Shown here: in pieces, positions 1-10,291 of the stretch
How positions within the stretch are numbered: position 1 is the first letter of the stretch
Layout of the letters: each line of letters opens with the position of its first letter
Assembly (NCBI GenBank): GCA_007125955.1
Contig: SLCF01000002.1
Coordinates: forward strand, 18,627 to 82,626
DNA length: 64,000 nt
Source of the DNA: Bacteroidales bacterium
GTDB taxonomy: Bacteria; Bacteroidota; Bacteroidia; Bacteroidales; PUMT01
Direction of reading: 5' to 3'
Made by a program: the position numbers and the translations under genes
Notes under the pieces: generated by a model
Told to the model about the DNA's origin: nothing
Database searches by the model: none
Seen by the model: the letters and a program-made list of their open reading frames with translations, nothing else

Positions 1-25
1 GGTATCTGTTGAATATTTCGAACAT
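1..25 (-). CDS. Probable N-terminus of the next dcw gene (FtsW/RodA family), cut by the window edge
   Basis: ATG at 25 lies 10 nt after the murD stop and reads MFEIFNRY... to the edge. Identity is inferred only from dcw gene order. Confidence 0.35.
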
Positions 26-35
26 ATCCCTATGT

Positions 36-1382
36 TTAAAGGTTTCTTACACAATTTTTGAACTGCATTCCCCGGTCTTCATAATTATCAAACAGGTCGA
101 AACTTGCACATGCAGGAGACAACAATACGGTATCACCCTTTTTAGCAAGTGAGTAAGCTGCCCTGACCGCTTCTTCCATCGTTGAGGTTTCTGTAACAGA
201 AGGAACCTTCCCTTCAAAAGCTGAGCGTATCCTTGAATTGTCAGTGCCAAGGCACACAATTGCCCTCACCTTTTCCACTGCCAGTCCATACAGCATTGAA
301 TAGTCGTTTCCCTTGTCAATACCTCCGGCTATCCACACAACAGTTGATTCCATACTTTCAAGGGCGTACCAGGTGGAATTGATATTTGTGGCCTTCGAAT
401 CGTTAACAAAATCGATCCCCCTGACACGCAATACCGACTCAAGTCTGTGTTCAACACCCCTGAAGCCGGCCAGGCTTTCACGTATCGTCTCTTTGCGTAT
501 CTTAAGTAACTGTCCGGCAATACCTGCAGCCATAGAATTGTAGTTATTATGTCTCCCCTTGAGGGCCAGTTGGTCTTTTAACATAGTTATTTCGCTGTTT
601 GAGGTTTTTATAATCAGCTTATCGTTTTCAATCCATGCCCCTTCCCCTTCCAGGGGAGTGGCCGAGAAAGGATATGAAACCGCTTCAATATTTCTTCGGG
701 TCAGTTCCTTAGCGATTATTTCGTCATCTGCACAATAAATAAAATTGTCAGACCGGGTCAGGTTTTTAGTTATCCTGAATTTTGAGTCAATATAACGGGA
801 CATCTTGTTACCGTACCTGTCGAGGTGGTCGGGGGTTATGTTCATTAATACTGCAATATCCGGCCTGAATTCCGATATGCCGTCAAGCTGAAAACTACTG
901 AGTTCAACAACAAAATATTCATATTTTCCTGTGGCCACCTGCATGGCAAAACTTTTTCCAACATTCCCCGCCGCAGAAACATTCAGTCCTGCTCTTTTCA
1001 GGATATCGTATATGAGCAATGTTGTGGTTGTCTTTCCGTTGCTGCCGGTTACACCTATAATATATGAGCCGGTGAAACGGAAAGCAAATTCAATTTCAGA
1101 TATAACAGGGATCCCTTTTTTGTGAATTTCCTTTACAACAGTTGATTCATCGGGTATGCCCGGGCTTTTTACAACTTCGTCTGCATTCAGTATTAGTTTT
1201 AGGGTGTGGGCGCCCTCTTCCCATTCCGTTCCTGAAGATGTTAGCTGGTCGCGGTATTCAGCTTTTATTTTACCGGAATCTGAAAGGAAAACATCATACC
1301 CTTTACGCATTGCAAGAAGGGCTGAACCTGTCCCGCTTTCCCCCCCGCCTAATATGACAATCCTTTTTTTCATCCGGTTCAT
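36..1382 (-). CDS. murD: UDP-N-acetylmuramoyl-L-alanine--D-glutamate ligase
   Basis: GxGxSG N-terminus, VTGSNGKTTT P-loop, ELSSFQL, DHLDRY, NDSKATN, LSPACASFD; dcw context. Confidence 0.97.
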   Translation of the reverse strand: MNRMKKRIVILGGGESGTGSALLAMRKGYDVFLSDSGKIKAEYRDQLTSSGTEWEEGAHTLKLILNADEVVKSPGIPDESTVVKEIHKKGIPVISEIEFAFRFTGSYIIGVTGSNGKTTTTLLIYDILKRAGLNVSAAGNVGKSFAMQVATGKYEYFVVELSSFQLDGISEFRPDIAVLMNITPDHLDRYGNKMSRYIDSKFRITKNLTRSDNFIYCADDEIIAKELTRRNIEAVSYPFSATPLEGEGAWIENDKLIIKTSNSEITMLKDQLALKGRHNNYNSMAAGIAGQLLKIRKETIRESLAGFRGVEHRLESVLRVRGIDFVNDSKATNINSTWYALESMESTVVWIAGGIDKGNDYSMLYGLAVEKVRAIVCLGTDNSRIRSAFEGKVPSVTETSTMEEAVRAAYSLAKKGDTVLLSPACASFDLFDNYEDRGMQFKNCVRNL

Positions 1383-1390
1383 TTTTTACT

Positions 1391-2641
1391 TCATCTTACT
1401 TTAAGTGTCAGCACTGCAATAACCGCAAGGAATATCCCTACGATCCAGAAACGTGTGACTATCTTTGCTTCAGGGTATCCCAAAATCTGGTAATGATGGT
1501 GAAGCGGCGCCATTTTGAACACTCTCCTTCCCTCACCATGCCTCTTTTTAGTGTATTTGAAATATGCCACCTGGATAACCACCGAAAGGCTCTCTATAAA
1601 AAAAACTCCGCAAAGTATGGGTATCAGCAGCTCTTTTCTGATCAGAATTGCATAAACTGCTATTATGCCTCCCAGTGAAAGGCTGCCTGTATCTCCCATA
1701 AACACTTGTGCGGGATATGAATTGTACCACAGGAACCCGATCGTCGCCCCTACGAATGCGCTCATAAATATTACAAGCTCTCCTGTGTTTGGGATATACA
1801 TTATGTTAAGATAATCGGAGTAGATTATGTTTCCGGAAAGATATGCCAGTATACCCAGTGTGACTCCTATAATGGTTGATGTGCCGGTTGCAAGGCCATC
1901 AAGCCCGTCAGTCATATTCGCGCCGTTCGAAACCGCTGTAACAATCAATATGATCAGAATTACAAACACCACCCAGCCCCATTTACCGGCCTTGTCCCCC
2001 AGGAACCAGACTATCATTGAATAATCGAACTCATTGTCCTTAAGAAAGGGAATGGTAGTGATAGTGCCCTTAACATCCCGTGTAATATAGACTGGGGGAG
2101 GAGATTCCTTATCTGACTGCTGAACCATTACTGTTTTGTATTCCCCGTTTTCCGGCAACACTCTTTCCCTGACCACAATTTCATCACTGAGATACATGGT
2201 CAACCCGACCAGCAATCCCACAATAACCTGTCCCAGTATCTTCAGGCGGCCGCTCAACCCCTCCTTATCCTTTTTGAAAGTCTTGATGTAATCGTCAGCA
2301 AAACCCACCATTCCGAGCCATAATGTAGTTATCAGCATGATCCGCACATAAACGTTCTGAAGGTTTCCGAACAGTAGTGTTGGAATAAGTATTGATGCAA
2401 GTATAATTATTCCCCCCATAGTGGGAGTCCCTTTTTTTCTGAGTTGACCCTCAAGTCCGAGATCCCTGACAACCTCACCTATCTGTTTTTTCTGAAGGTA
2501 ATTAATTATACGTCTCCCCATAAGAAGGGAGATTGCGAGGGAAGTAATAACAGCCATCGAGGAGCGGAAAGTAATATACTGGAACACTCCCGCTCCCGGA
2601 AAACCGATACTTTGTAACCAATCAAACAGATAATGCAGCAT
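1391..2641 (-). CDS. mraY: Phospho-N-acetylmuramoyl-pentapeptide transferase
   Basis: [39 protein letters not shown]; multiple TM segments. Confidence 0.97.
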   Translation of the reverse strand: MLHYLFDWLQSIGFPGAGVFQYITFRSSMAVITSLAISLLMGRRIINYLQKKQIGEVVRDLGLEGQLRKKGTPTMGGIIILASILIPTLLFGNLQNVYVRIMLITTLWLGMVGFADDYIKTFKKDKEGLSGRLKILGQVIVGLLVGLTMYLSDEIVVRERVLPENGEYKTVMVQQSDKESPPPVYITRDVKGTITTIPFLKDNEFDYSMIVWFLGDKAGKWGWVVFVILIILIVTAVSNGANMTDGLDGLATGTSTIIGVTLGILAYLSGNIIYSDYLNIMYIPNTGELVIFMSAFVGATIGFLWYNSYPAQVFMGDTGSLSLGGIIAVYAILIRKELLIPILCGVFFIESLSVVIQVAYFKYTKKRHGEGRRVFKMAPLHHHYQILGYPEAKIVTRFWIVGIFLAVIAVLTLKVR

Positions 2642-2647
2642 AATCTT

Positions 2648-4111
2648 TTATTTGACTTTTGTTTTGAAAGCGGACTCAATCACCTCCCTGTCATCAAAAT
2701 GGTGACGCTTCCCTTTAATTTCCTGGTATGTTTCATGTCCCTTCCCTGCAACAAGTATTATATCCCCCGGAGAGGCCATCATGCATGCAGCCCTTATAGC
2801 TTCTGCCCTTCCGGTAATTGATAACACTTTTGTTTTCTCCTCATCTGCAATACCATCCATCATATCCTCAATTATCTTTTCCGGATCCTCATTCCGTGGA
2901 TTATCAGAGGTGAGTATGAGTTTGTTACTGTATTTCATGGCAATTGATGCCATCACCGGACGCTTCCCCTTGTCCCGGTCGCCACCGGAACCTACAACGG
3001 TAATAACCTCCTCTTTGCCTTTTCTCAGGCTTTTGATTGTTTTAAGCACATTCTCCAGGGCATCGGGTGTATGGGCATAATCAACTATGGCAGTTGTTCC
3101 GCTTTCCGACCTGACATATTCGAACCTGCCCGGTACTACCCCGAATGTGCTGGCAACAAGCAGCACTTTTTCAGTGTCGGCTCCCAGCAGGTCGGCTGCA
3201 GCAATTGCTCCCAGCAGGTTGTATGCATTGAATTCACCTATGAGGTGTGTCCACAGTTCACGCCCGCCAATATTGAGCAGTGTGCCGTCGAAATGGCTTT
3301 CAATAATCCTTCCTTTATAGTCAGCCACTCTTTTTATAGCAAAAGTTTTTTTAGCTGCAGGTGTATTCTGGATCATCAGCCTTCCGTTTTTGTCATCTAT
3401 ATTTACAAGGGCAAACGCATCTTCAGGCAACCTGTCAAAAAACTCCTTCTTGGCTTGAAGGTAGGCGGAAAAATCCTCATGATAGTCAAGATGGTCATGG
3501 GTTATATTGGTAAATATTCCGCCGGCAAAAGTGATACCCTCAATCCTCTTTTGAACCACCGAATGAGAGCTTACCTCCATAAAACAGTAACTGCAACCCG
3601 AGGATACCATTTCACTCAGCAAAGACTGGAGTGCAACGGGATCGGGTGTTGTAAAATATGCAGGCATAGTCCGGTCGTTTATCCTGTAATCAACCGTGGA
3701 TATAAGTCCCGCTCCGTAGCCCAACTTCATGAAAAGCCGGTGAAGCAGCACCGCCGTAGTTGTTTTACCGTTCGTCCCTGTTATGCCTAGCACCTTCATC
3801 TGCCCGGAAGGGTGTCCGTAAAACGCCGAGGCGATTCTGCCGGTCTCCGTTGCGGTATCCTCCACTCTCACATATGTTACACCCTTATCGAACCTTGACG
3901 GAAACCTGTTGCAAACAACAGCTGCAGCACCTCTGCCGGCAGCATCATCTATAAAATCGTGGCCGTCATTATGCATTCCTTCAATCGCAAAAAAAAGCGA
4001 TCCTTCCCCGGCCTTCCTTGAATCTGAAGTAACAGAGCTGATTTCCGTATCAGGATTCCCCCTGATACCGTAAACATTACAGCCTTCCAGTATGTCGTTA
4101 AGCTTAGGCAT
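2648..4111 (-). CDS. murE: UDP-MurNAc-L-Ala-D-Glu--meso-diaminopimelate ligase
   Basis: ITGTNGKTT, MEVSSH, DHLDYH, VDYAHTPDA, SDNPR (DAP-specific motif), GKGHE. Confidence 0.97.
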   Translation of the reverse strand: MPKLNDILEGCNVYGIRGNPDTEISSVTSDSRKAGEGSLFFAIEGMHNDGHDFIDDAAGRGAAAVVCNRFPSRFDKGVTYVRVEDTATETGRIASAFYGHPSGQMKVLGITGTNGKTTTAVLLHRLFMKLGYGAGLISTVDYRINDRTMPAYFTTPDPVALQSLLSEMVSSGCSYCFMEVSSHSVVQKRIEGITFAGGIFTNITHDHLDYHEDFSAYLQAKKEFFDRLPEDAFALVNIDDKNGRLMIQNTPAAKKTFAIKRVADYKGRIIESHFDGTLLNIGGRELWTHLIGEFNAYNLLGAIAAADLLGADTEKVLLVASTFGVVPGRFEYVRSESGTTAIVDYAHTPDALENVLKTIKSLRKGKEEVITVVGSGGDRDKGKRPVMASIAMKYSNKLILTSDNPRNEDPEKIIEDMMDGIADEEKTKVLSITGRAEAIRAACMMASPGDIILVAGKGHETYQEIKGKRHHFDDREVIESAFKTKVK

Positions 4112-4139
4112 TTCAGTTTTAAGTTTTAACAGACTCTAT

Positions 4140-6290
4140 TCAATCATTCAGGCTCATCTGCAGCACAATTATCTCTCCTTCATTAACTTTCCTGCCGGGC
4201 ATTACCGATTGCGACAAAACCTTCCCCCTTCCCGACACCTCAACTTTCAGCCCCGCATTCTCCAGCAGGTATATCGCATCTTTCAGCGACATATCAACCA
4301 CGTTGGGAACCAGACCCGGGATCAGGGTTCTTTCCCTCATCTCAACATAATTTTCGACGCTCATTGTGGAAACCCATCCTGAGGATTCACCGTTATCATT
4401 GTCATTATCCCCATATGCGATGGTTCTGTAGTCAATGTCCAGACTGTTTAAAACAGTTGCCAGTTGGGTGAAACTGCCGGATTTTGTAAAGGGCGATTCT
4501 TCAATTAGGCCGTCTGCCCTATGTAGCGGTTCATGCATATCCAGACTGGTTGCATAAACCTTGTCTGCAATTTCCCTGAAAACCGGTCCGGCCACCAGGT
4601 TTCCGTAATAAATATTGCTTGAAGGGGAGTTGACAACTACAATGCATGAATAACGCGGATTATCAGCCGGGAAATATCCTACAAAAGAGGCCTGATGGCT
4701 TACCATCTCCTGATGGCGGTACCCGTATTTCTCGTTTGCTATCTGTGCTGTTCCGGTTTTGCCTGCTATTTTGTAACGGGTATTCCTCAGGTTGCTGGCA
4801 GTCCCTTTTTCCACTACACCTTCCAGCATAAGCCTCACACCTTCAATTGTGGATTTTGATACCACCGAGGGATTGATAACTTCTGTGGGAAATCTTTCTA
4901 TAACATCGCCGTGTGATTTGATGGCTGTTACGAACCTTGGCCTCACCATTCTCCCGTTATTTGCAATTGCATTATAAAAAGTAAGAATCTGAAGTGGTGT
5001 CATTCGTACTTCGTAACCTATTGACATCATAGGCAGGGAGACACCCGACCAAAATGGGTCGCCGGGATACTTTATATCAGGGGCACCTTCCCCCCTTATT
5101 TCAACACCCAGTTTTTCATTCAGATTCATTTTGTAAAGCCGGTTTATGAAATTTTTTTCCTTCCCGTTATAATTATCGTGTACAATTTTGGATACAGCTA
5201 CATTGGATGAGACCTCAAAGGCTTCCTGGACGGTTATCTTGCCCAGTCCGCCTTCCTGGGCATCTGAAATCCTCTGGTTAAAGAACATTATATTGCCGTC
5301 TCCTGTATCAACTGAATCGGAAGGGTTTATGTACCCGTCTTCCATTGCAGCCATCAGGGACATCAGTTTGAAGGTTGATCCCGGTTCGGTGCTTTCTCCG
5401 ATTGCAAAGTTGTAGGACTCGGAATAACCCCCGTTGCTGTTCATCTGAAGATTGGCAATAGCTTTTATATCGCCTGTGCCGACCTCCATAAGCACCGCCG
5501 TGCCGTGGTGGGCTCCGTGCCTCCTGAGCTGCCTTAGCAGTGCGCTGGTTGCCACATCCTGTATCTCTACATCTATGCTTGTGACAATATCATACCCGTC
5601 CCTTGGCTCAACCTCATTCCTGTCATTCAGCGGCATCCAAACATTGCCGGATATTCTCCGCATTAGTTGCAGACCAACAACACCCCTGAGTTGTTCGTCA
5701 TAGGCGCCCTCTATTCCTACAACATTTCCTGATTCACTTTTGGTGATATACCCGATGGTCCTCGACGCAAGGTTGCCGTGAGGCAGTATTCTGCGGTCAT
5801 CCTGTATGGCAATAAATCCGCCCCTGTTCCTCCCCAGTCTGAATACGGGAAAATTCTCCATCTCTTTCATCATATTGAAAGAGACCCCTCTTTTTATAAG
5901 GTGGAACCTCCTGTTCTCCCTCCTTGCCTGAAGCAGTTCGCTCCTGTAGGCGGAAGCGGATTTGTCCCTGAACAACTTATGCAAACGGAGGGCAAGTGAA
6001 TCTATATTACCAAAAAAGATCTCGTCTGTCAGGCCCCGGGCCCTCAAGTCCATCCGGATCTCATAATAAGGCACCGAGGTTGAAAGAAGCCGGTTGTTGG
6101 CGCCGTATATATCACCCCTGTTCGGCTCGATTATCATATCCCTGACAATGCGATTTTCAGCCATTTCTTCCCATTTTGACCCTTCTACCAGCTGAAGCCA
6201 CATAATTTTCCCAAGTATAAGAATTGCAAAAAAGAGAACGCAGATATATACCACGCCTACACGCCATACTATGTCTTTTTTCAGCGACAT
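4140..6290 (-). CDS. ftsI: Class B penicillin-binding protein (FtsI/PBP3-like) with C-terminal PASTA domain
   Basis: N-terminal TM; SxxK (EPGSTFK), SxN (SSN) and KTG (GKTGTAQ) motifs; PASTA-like tail VPNVVDMSLKDA; dcw position. Confidence 0.92.
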   Translation of the reverse strand: MSLKKDIVWRVGVVYICVLFFAILILGKIMWLQLVEGSKWEEMAENRIVRDMIIEPNRGDIYGANNRLLSTSVPYYEIRMDLRARGLTDEIFFGNIDSLALRLHKLFRDKSASAYRSELLQARRENRRFHLIKRGVSFNMMKEMENFPVFRLGRNRGGFIAIQDDRRILPHGNLASRTIGYITKSESGNVVGIEGAYDEQLRGVVGLQLMRRISGNVWMPLNDRNEVEPRDGYDIVTSIDVEIQDVATSALLRQLRRHGAHHGTAVLMEVGTGDIKAIANLQMNSNGGYSESYNFAIGESTEPGSTFKLMSLMAAMEDGYINPSDSVDTGDGNIMFFNQRISDAQEGGLGKITVQEAFEVSSNVAVSKIVHDNYNGKEKNFINRLYKMNLNEKLGVEIRGEGAPDIKYPGDPFWSGVSLPMMSIGYEVRMTPLQILTFYNAIANNGRMVRPRFVTAIKSHGDVIERFPTEVINPSVVSKSTIEGVRLMLEGVVEKGTASNLRNTRYKIAGKTGTAQIANEKYGYRHQEMVSHQASFVGYFPADNPRYSCIVVVNSPSSNIYYGNLVAGPVFREIADKVYATSLDMHEPLHRADGLIEESPFTKSGSFTQLATVLNSLDIDYRTIAYGDNDNDNGESSGWVSTMSVENYVEMRERTLIPGLVPNVVDMSLKDAIYLLENAGLKVEVSGRGKVLSQSVMPGRKVNEGEIIVLQMSLND

Positions 6291-6296
6291 ACCTTG

Positions 6297-6674
6297 TCAG
6301 TTTTTTACAACAATTTTAACCGGAGGCTCTGTTGACTCCCTGAGTCCCAGATTCTCCCTTTCAATCAGTTTCAGCACTTCCGACTGTCTGCTGATATGCA
6401 TCAGTTCGGCAGATACCGTTATAGCCCTTGCCCTGAGTTCCTGCAGTTCCGACTGCAACTCACTTTGCTGCCTTACCAGCTTTTCAGCATGGTAATGATT
6501 TGCAATGTAGATAAATGCAAGTACTGTAAGAAATACGATGTAGGGCAGCTGACGTATCACAAATGAGCGGGTCAGGAGCGTGCCGTCAATAAGCTCCTTA
6601 ATCACTCCTTTTTTCTGAACCTTTTGCTCCTGTTTCTCCTCTTCATTGAACTCTATTTGTCCGTACCTTTCCAT
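6297..6674 (-). CDS. ftsL: FtsL-like cell division protein
   Basis: Single TM followed by a coiled coil; lies between rsmH and ftsI. Confidence 0.8.
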   Translation of the reverse strand: MERYGQIEFNEEEKQEQKVQKKGVIKELIDGTLLTRSFVIRQLPYIVFLTVLAFIYIANHYHAEKLVRQQSELQSELQELRARAITVSAELMHISRQSEVLKLIERENLGLRESTEPPVKIVVKN

Positions 6675-6741
6675 AGCTTTCTCTCAATGTCCGTTCCGGG
6701 CTTGCCTCTTTGCCCTGCAAATATCGGTTTACTGATTAATC

Positions 6742-7644
6742 TTATATTTTCTCCGCAATCCTCAACCTTGCGCTTCTTGATCTATTGTTTTCCGACACCT
6801 CTTTTTCACCCGCCACTATCGCCTTTCTGTTAAGGGGGCGGAGCGGCACCAGGGGTTTGCCATAAAAGTCCTTTTCAAGCTTCCCTTCCACATTGCCTGT
6901 TTTGGTAAAGTTTTTCACCATCCTGTCTTCTATTGAGTGGTAGGCGATAACGGAAAGCCTTCCCTCTTTTTTCAGTGCCGGCAGAACCTGTTCCAGCATT
7001 TCCCTCAGCGAATCGGCCTCCCTGTTTACCTCTATCCTCAGAGCCTGAAAAACCTTTGCAAGGTATTTGTTCCTGTTCCCCGGAGGAACAGATGAACTTA
7101 CAACATTTACAAACTCCCCGGTGCTTTCAAAAGCCTCTTTTCCCCTTGCCTCAACAATTGTTTTTGCAAGCTTTCTGAAGTTCGACACCTCCCCGTAATT
7201 TCTGAAAACAGAAGACAGTTCCTCTTCAGAATAAGTGTTTACAATATCTGATGCCTTTAGCGAAGCCTCCCGGTTCATTCTCATGTCAAGAGGTCCGGGA
7301 TAACTAAACGAAAACCCCCTTTCAGCAGAATCAAAATGGTGCGACGAAACTCCAAGATCTGCCAGTATACCGTCCACTTTCAGAATATTGTGAAAACGTA
7401 AATAATTCCGGAAAAACCTGAAATTTCCCCTTATGAATAAAAATCTTTTGTCTTTGATCTTTTCAGCTTCATACATGCTGTCGGCATCCTGATCGAATGC
7501 AACCAGAAGTCCCTTGCCCATCCTTCTCAGGATCTCAACCGAATGCCCCCCTCCACCGAAAGTGAGGTCAACATATGTGCCGCCGGACTTAACTGCAAGT
7601 CCATCTACACTTTTATGCAAAAGCACAGGTTTGTGATATCCCAT
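6742..7644 (-). CDS. rsmH: 16S rRNA m4C1402 methyltransferase RsmH
   Basis: YHKPVLL, DLTFGGGGHS, DLGVSSHH, RGFSF, LDMRM, FQALRIEVN, SRSARLR. Confidence 0.97.
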   Translation of the reverse strand: MGYHKPVLLHKSVDGLAVKSGGTYVDLTFGGGGHSVEILRRMGKGLLVAFDQDADSMYEAEKIKDKRFLFIRGNFRFFRNYLRFHNILKVDGILADLGVSSHHFDSAERGFSFSYPGPLDMRMNREASLKASDIVNTYSEEELSSVFRNYGEVSNFRKLAKTIVEARGKEAFESTGEFVNVVSSSVPPGNRNKYLAKVFQALRIEVNREADSLREMLEQVLPALKKEGRLSVIAYHSIEDRMVKNFTKTGNVEGKLEKDFYGKPLVPLRPLNRKAIVAGEKEVSENNRSRSARLRIAEKI

Positions 7645-8108
7645 TATTTGCCGTTTTGATCAGTGTTTCCCAGTATTTTTTCCGCCAGTCCGGCAAAATC
7701 GTCGGCTCCGTCTGCCACATCATAATACATCTTCCTGTTCCACATCTCTATCTTACCATCCTGACCTGCCAGCACAGCTTCACCGTCAATCTCAGCCACT
7801 TCAAGAAGCCGTCTTGGTATCAGGAGCCTGTTGTTCCCGTCAAGAACCACCTCTGCCGTCCCTTTGTAAAAACCTCTCATGAACCTGCTGTGCTCCTTGT
7901 TGTATGGATTGATTTTTTCTCTTATAATTTCATTTTGTCTTTGCCATTCATCCATCGGATAAAGCACAAGGCATCTCTCAAAAATATCCTTTTTAACAAC
8001 GAACCTGTCCATAGCAGCTGAAGGCATCTGCTTTTTGAATGCCGAAGGGAGAACTATACGCCCTTTGGCATCAACTTTGCATATATAATCACCGATAAAA
8101 CTCGCCAT
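7644..8108 (-). CDS. mraZ: Division/cell wall cluster transcriptional repressor MraZ
   Basis: FIGDY..KVDAKGR and LDGNNRLLIP repeats. Start moved from 8162 to ATG 8108 because the extension runs through the promoter and operator repeats. Confidence 0.93.
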   Translation of the reverse strand: MASFIGDYICKVDAKGRIVLPSAFKKQMPSAAMDRFVVKKDIFERCLVLYPMDEWQRQNEIIREKINPYNKEHSRFMRGFYKGTAEVVLDGNNRLLIPRRLLEVAEIDGEAVLAGQDGKIEMWNRKMYYDVADGADDFAGLAEKILGNTDQNGK

Positions 8109-8148
8109 AACCAAAATGTTTGGTAGAGTAAAAATAAATAAATATTTT

Positions 8149-8185
8149 CCACTTTCAACCACTTTGCCCCATTTTTTTCCACTTT
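8149..8185 (-). promoter_or_regulatory. Four MraZ-type operator boxes (AAAGTGG, 10-bp period)
   Basis: Plus strand shows CCACTTT at 8149, 8159 and 8179 and CCATTTT at 8169, just upstream of mraZ. Confidence 0.8.
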
Positions 8186-8326
8186 GTTGATAACTTTTTT
8201 CAAAAAATGAGTTTCATCCGGAGCAGGAAATTTTTTACACCCTTCTGAATACGGGATTATATTCATTTAGGCAATTATTTTATTATTTTAGTGTTTTTAG
8301 ATATGGTGATTTTTAAAATTGATGGC

Positions 8327-9178
8327 ATGATGGAAGATCAGGCTCACGGTAATGATATTGAGCTAATTGACGTTGACCGGATTTTTAAAAACAAAAATCC
8401 GCGTCTTTATAATGTTTTACCGGGATTTATCTTAAGATACATAAAAAGAATCATACATCAGGATGAGCTCAACGAAGCACTGGTAAGGTTCAAAGATGAC
8501 AAGGGTGTGGATTTTGTCAGATCCATACTGGACTATATGAACATTGAATATACAGTAACAGGTGAAGAGAATATTCCTGGAGAAGGCAGGTTAATTTTCG
8601 TTTCAAACCACCCGCTTGGGGGGCTTGACGGGTTGATCTTCATTGACATTATCGGAAAACGATTCAGCAATATACGCTTTATTGTAAACGACATTTTGCT
8701 CAATATCAAGAACCTGGAATCTATTTTTGTGCCTGTCAACAAATACGGCAGGCAATCGGCAGCTTACGCAAGGAAGATAGAAGACGTGTACCGGTCAGAT
8801 AACCAGGTTCTCTATTTCCCTGCAGGATTGTGCTCAAGAAAATCGGGAAAGAGGATCATGGATCTTGAGTGGAAAAAAAATTTTATAAAAAAGGCGGTCG
8901 ATCACAAAAGGGATGTTATTCCAATGTATTTCAGCGGTAGTAACTCCGGGTTTTTTTACCGCCTTGCAAACCTCAGGAAGTTTTTGGGAATAAAGGCCAA
9001 TATTGAGCTGTTTCTCCTCTCCGATGAAATGTTCAGGCAAAAAGGGAGAAAGATCTCGGTAAAAATCGGCAAGCCTGTTCCTTATACAACTTTTGACAGT
9101 TCAAAAAACCAGTCGGAATGGGCAAAATACCTCAAAGATTTGGTATATGAAATGGGTAAGGAGGTCGAATCTGCATAA
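8327..9178 (+). CDS. PlsC-family acyltransferase, probable glycine-lipid O-acyltransferase (GlsA/ChoB-like)
   Basis: NHPLGGLD (HxxxxD) and YFPAG motifs; paired with a downstream GNAT; start uncertain (8291-8330). Confidence 0.75.
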   Translation: MMEDQAHGNDIELIDVDRIFKNKNPRLYNVLPGFILRYIKRIIHQDELNEALVRFKDDKGVDFVRSILDYMNIEYTVTGEENIPGEGRLIFVSNHPLGGLDGLIFIDIIGKRFSNIRFIVNDILLNIKNLESIFVPVNKYGRQSAAYARKIEDVYRSDNQVLYFPAGLCSRKSGKRIMDLEWKKNFIKKAVDHKRDVIPMYFSGSNSGFFYRLANLRKFLGIKANIELFLLSDEMFRQKGRKISVKIGKPVPYTTFDSSKNQSEWAKYLKDLVYEMGKEVESA

Positions 9179-9332
9179 AGTTTTATTATTTTGTTAACTT
9201 TGAATTGTTTTCAATTCTTTAAACTTTGAATGTTAAACAAGGAGATAGTGATGTAAATAATTGAAAACCCGGGATTTAAACAGCGGTCAAACACCCGGGT
9301 CCATTTTGAGGACAGTTATAATTAAAGTACAG

Positions 9333-10289
9333 ATGCAAAATATCCCTTCACCAGTTAGCAGAAAAGATATAAAGGATGAACTCCGTTCGAATAAGTTCAT
9401 AAGAAAGACAAACAATGCTGGCAATGAACTTTATATCGTAACGGCCAAGGACTCACCCAATACGATGAAAGAGATTGGCCGGCTGCGTGAGCTCAGTTTC
9501 CGTCATGCCGGAGGAGGCACGGGCAAAAGCATTGATATAGATGACTTTGACAATTGCAGCGACCCCTACAGGCAATTGATCGTCTGGGATCCCAAACACC
9601 AGGAAATACTGGGGGGATATCGTTTTTATATACCTGAAGCAGGAAAGCCATCAGATCCTTCAAAACTGGCTACTTCAAAACTCTTCAATTTTTCCGACCA
9701 GTTCATTAAAGAGTACCTGCCCTACATGATTGAACTTGGCAGGTCATTTGTACAGCCTGCTTATCAAAGCACTTCAAGGGCAAGAAAAGGGTTGTTTGCA
9801 CTCGACAACCTTTGGGACGGACTGGGAGCAATTGTTGTTGACAATCCCGAAATGAAATATTTTTTCGGTAAGGTAACAATGTATAAAAGATTTAATTATC
9901 AGGCACGCAATCTGATCCTCTATTTCCTTAATAAATATTTCCCTGACGAAGAAAAGCTTGTTACTCCAAAAGAGCCGCTCGAACTGAATATAGACTATCC
10001 AATGATGGAAAAGATCTTCACCGGCAGAAGCTATCAGGATGATTACAAAATCCTTTCACAAAAAGTGAGAGGCTTCAAAGAGGTTATCCCTCCCCTTATC
10101 AACGCCTATATGAACCTTTCCCCTTCTATGAAGGTTTTCGGGACTGTGCTGAATGAAAGCTTCGGCAATGTTGAAGAAACAGGTATCATGATAACAATAA
10201 ACGATCTTTACAGGAAAAAAGTGGAAAGGCATGTTTCTACTTACCAGCGCGTAAAGTATTATTTACACCCGCATTCTTCAAGCCCCTGA
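9333..10289 (+). CDS. GNAT (OlsB/'hemolysin'-type) N-acyltransferase, probable glycine-lipid synthase (GlsB/ChoA-like)
   Basis: EIGRLRELSFR, GGGTG, DIDDFD, ILGGYR, IELGRSFV, IPPLINAYM; ATG 9333 preferred over TTG 9261. Confidence 0.8.
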   Translation: MQNIPSPVSRKDIKDELRSNKFIRKTNNAGNELYIVTAKDSPNTMKEIGRLRELSFRHAGGGTGKSIDIDDFDNCSDPYRQLIVWDPKHQEILGGYRFYIPEAGKPSDPSKLATSKLFNFSDQFIKEYLPYMIELGRSFVQPAYQSTSRARKGLFALDNLWDGLGAIVVDNPEMKYFFGKVTMYKRFNYQARNLILYFLNKYFPDEEKLVTPKEPLELNIDYPMMEKIFTGRSYQDDYKILSQKVRGFKEVIPPLINAYMNLSPSMKVFGTVLNESFGNVEETGIMITINDLYRKKVERHVSTYQRVKYYLHPHSSSP

Positions 10290-10291
10290 GA

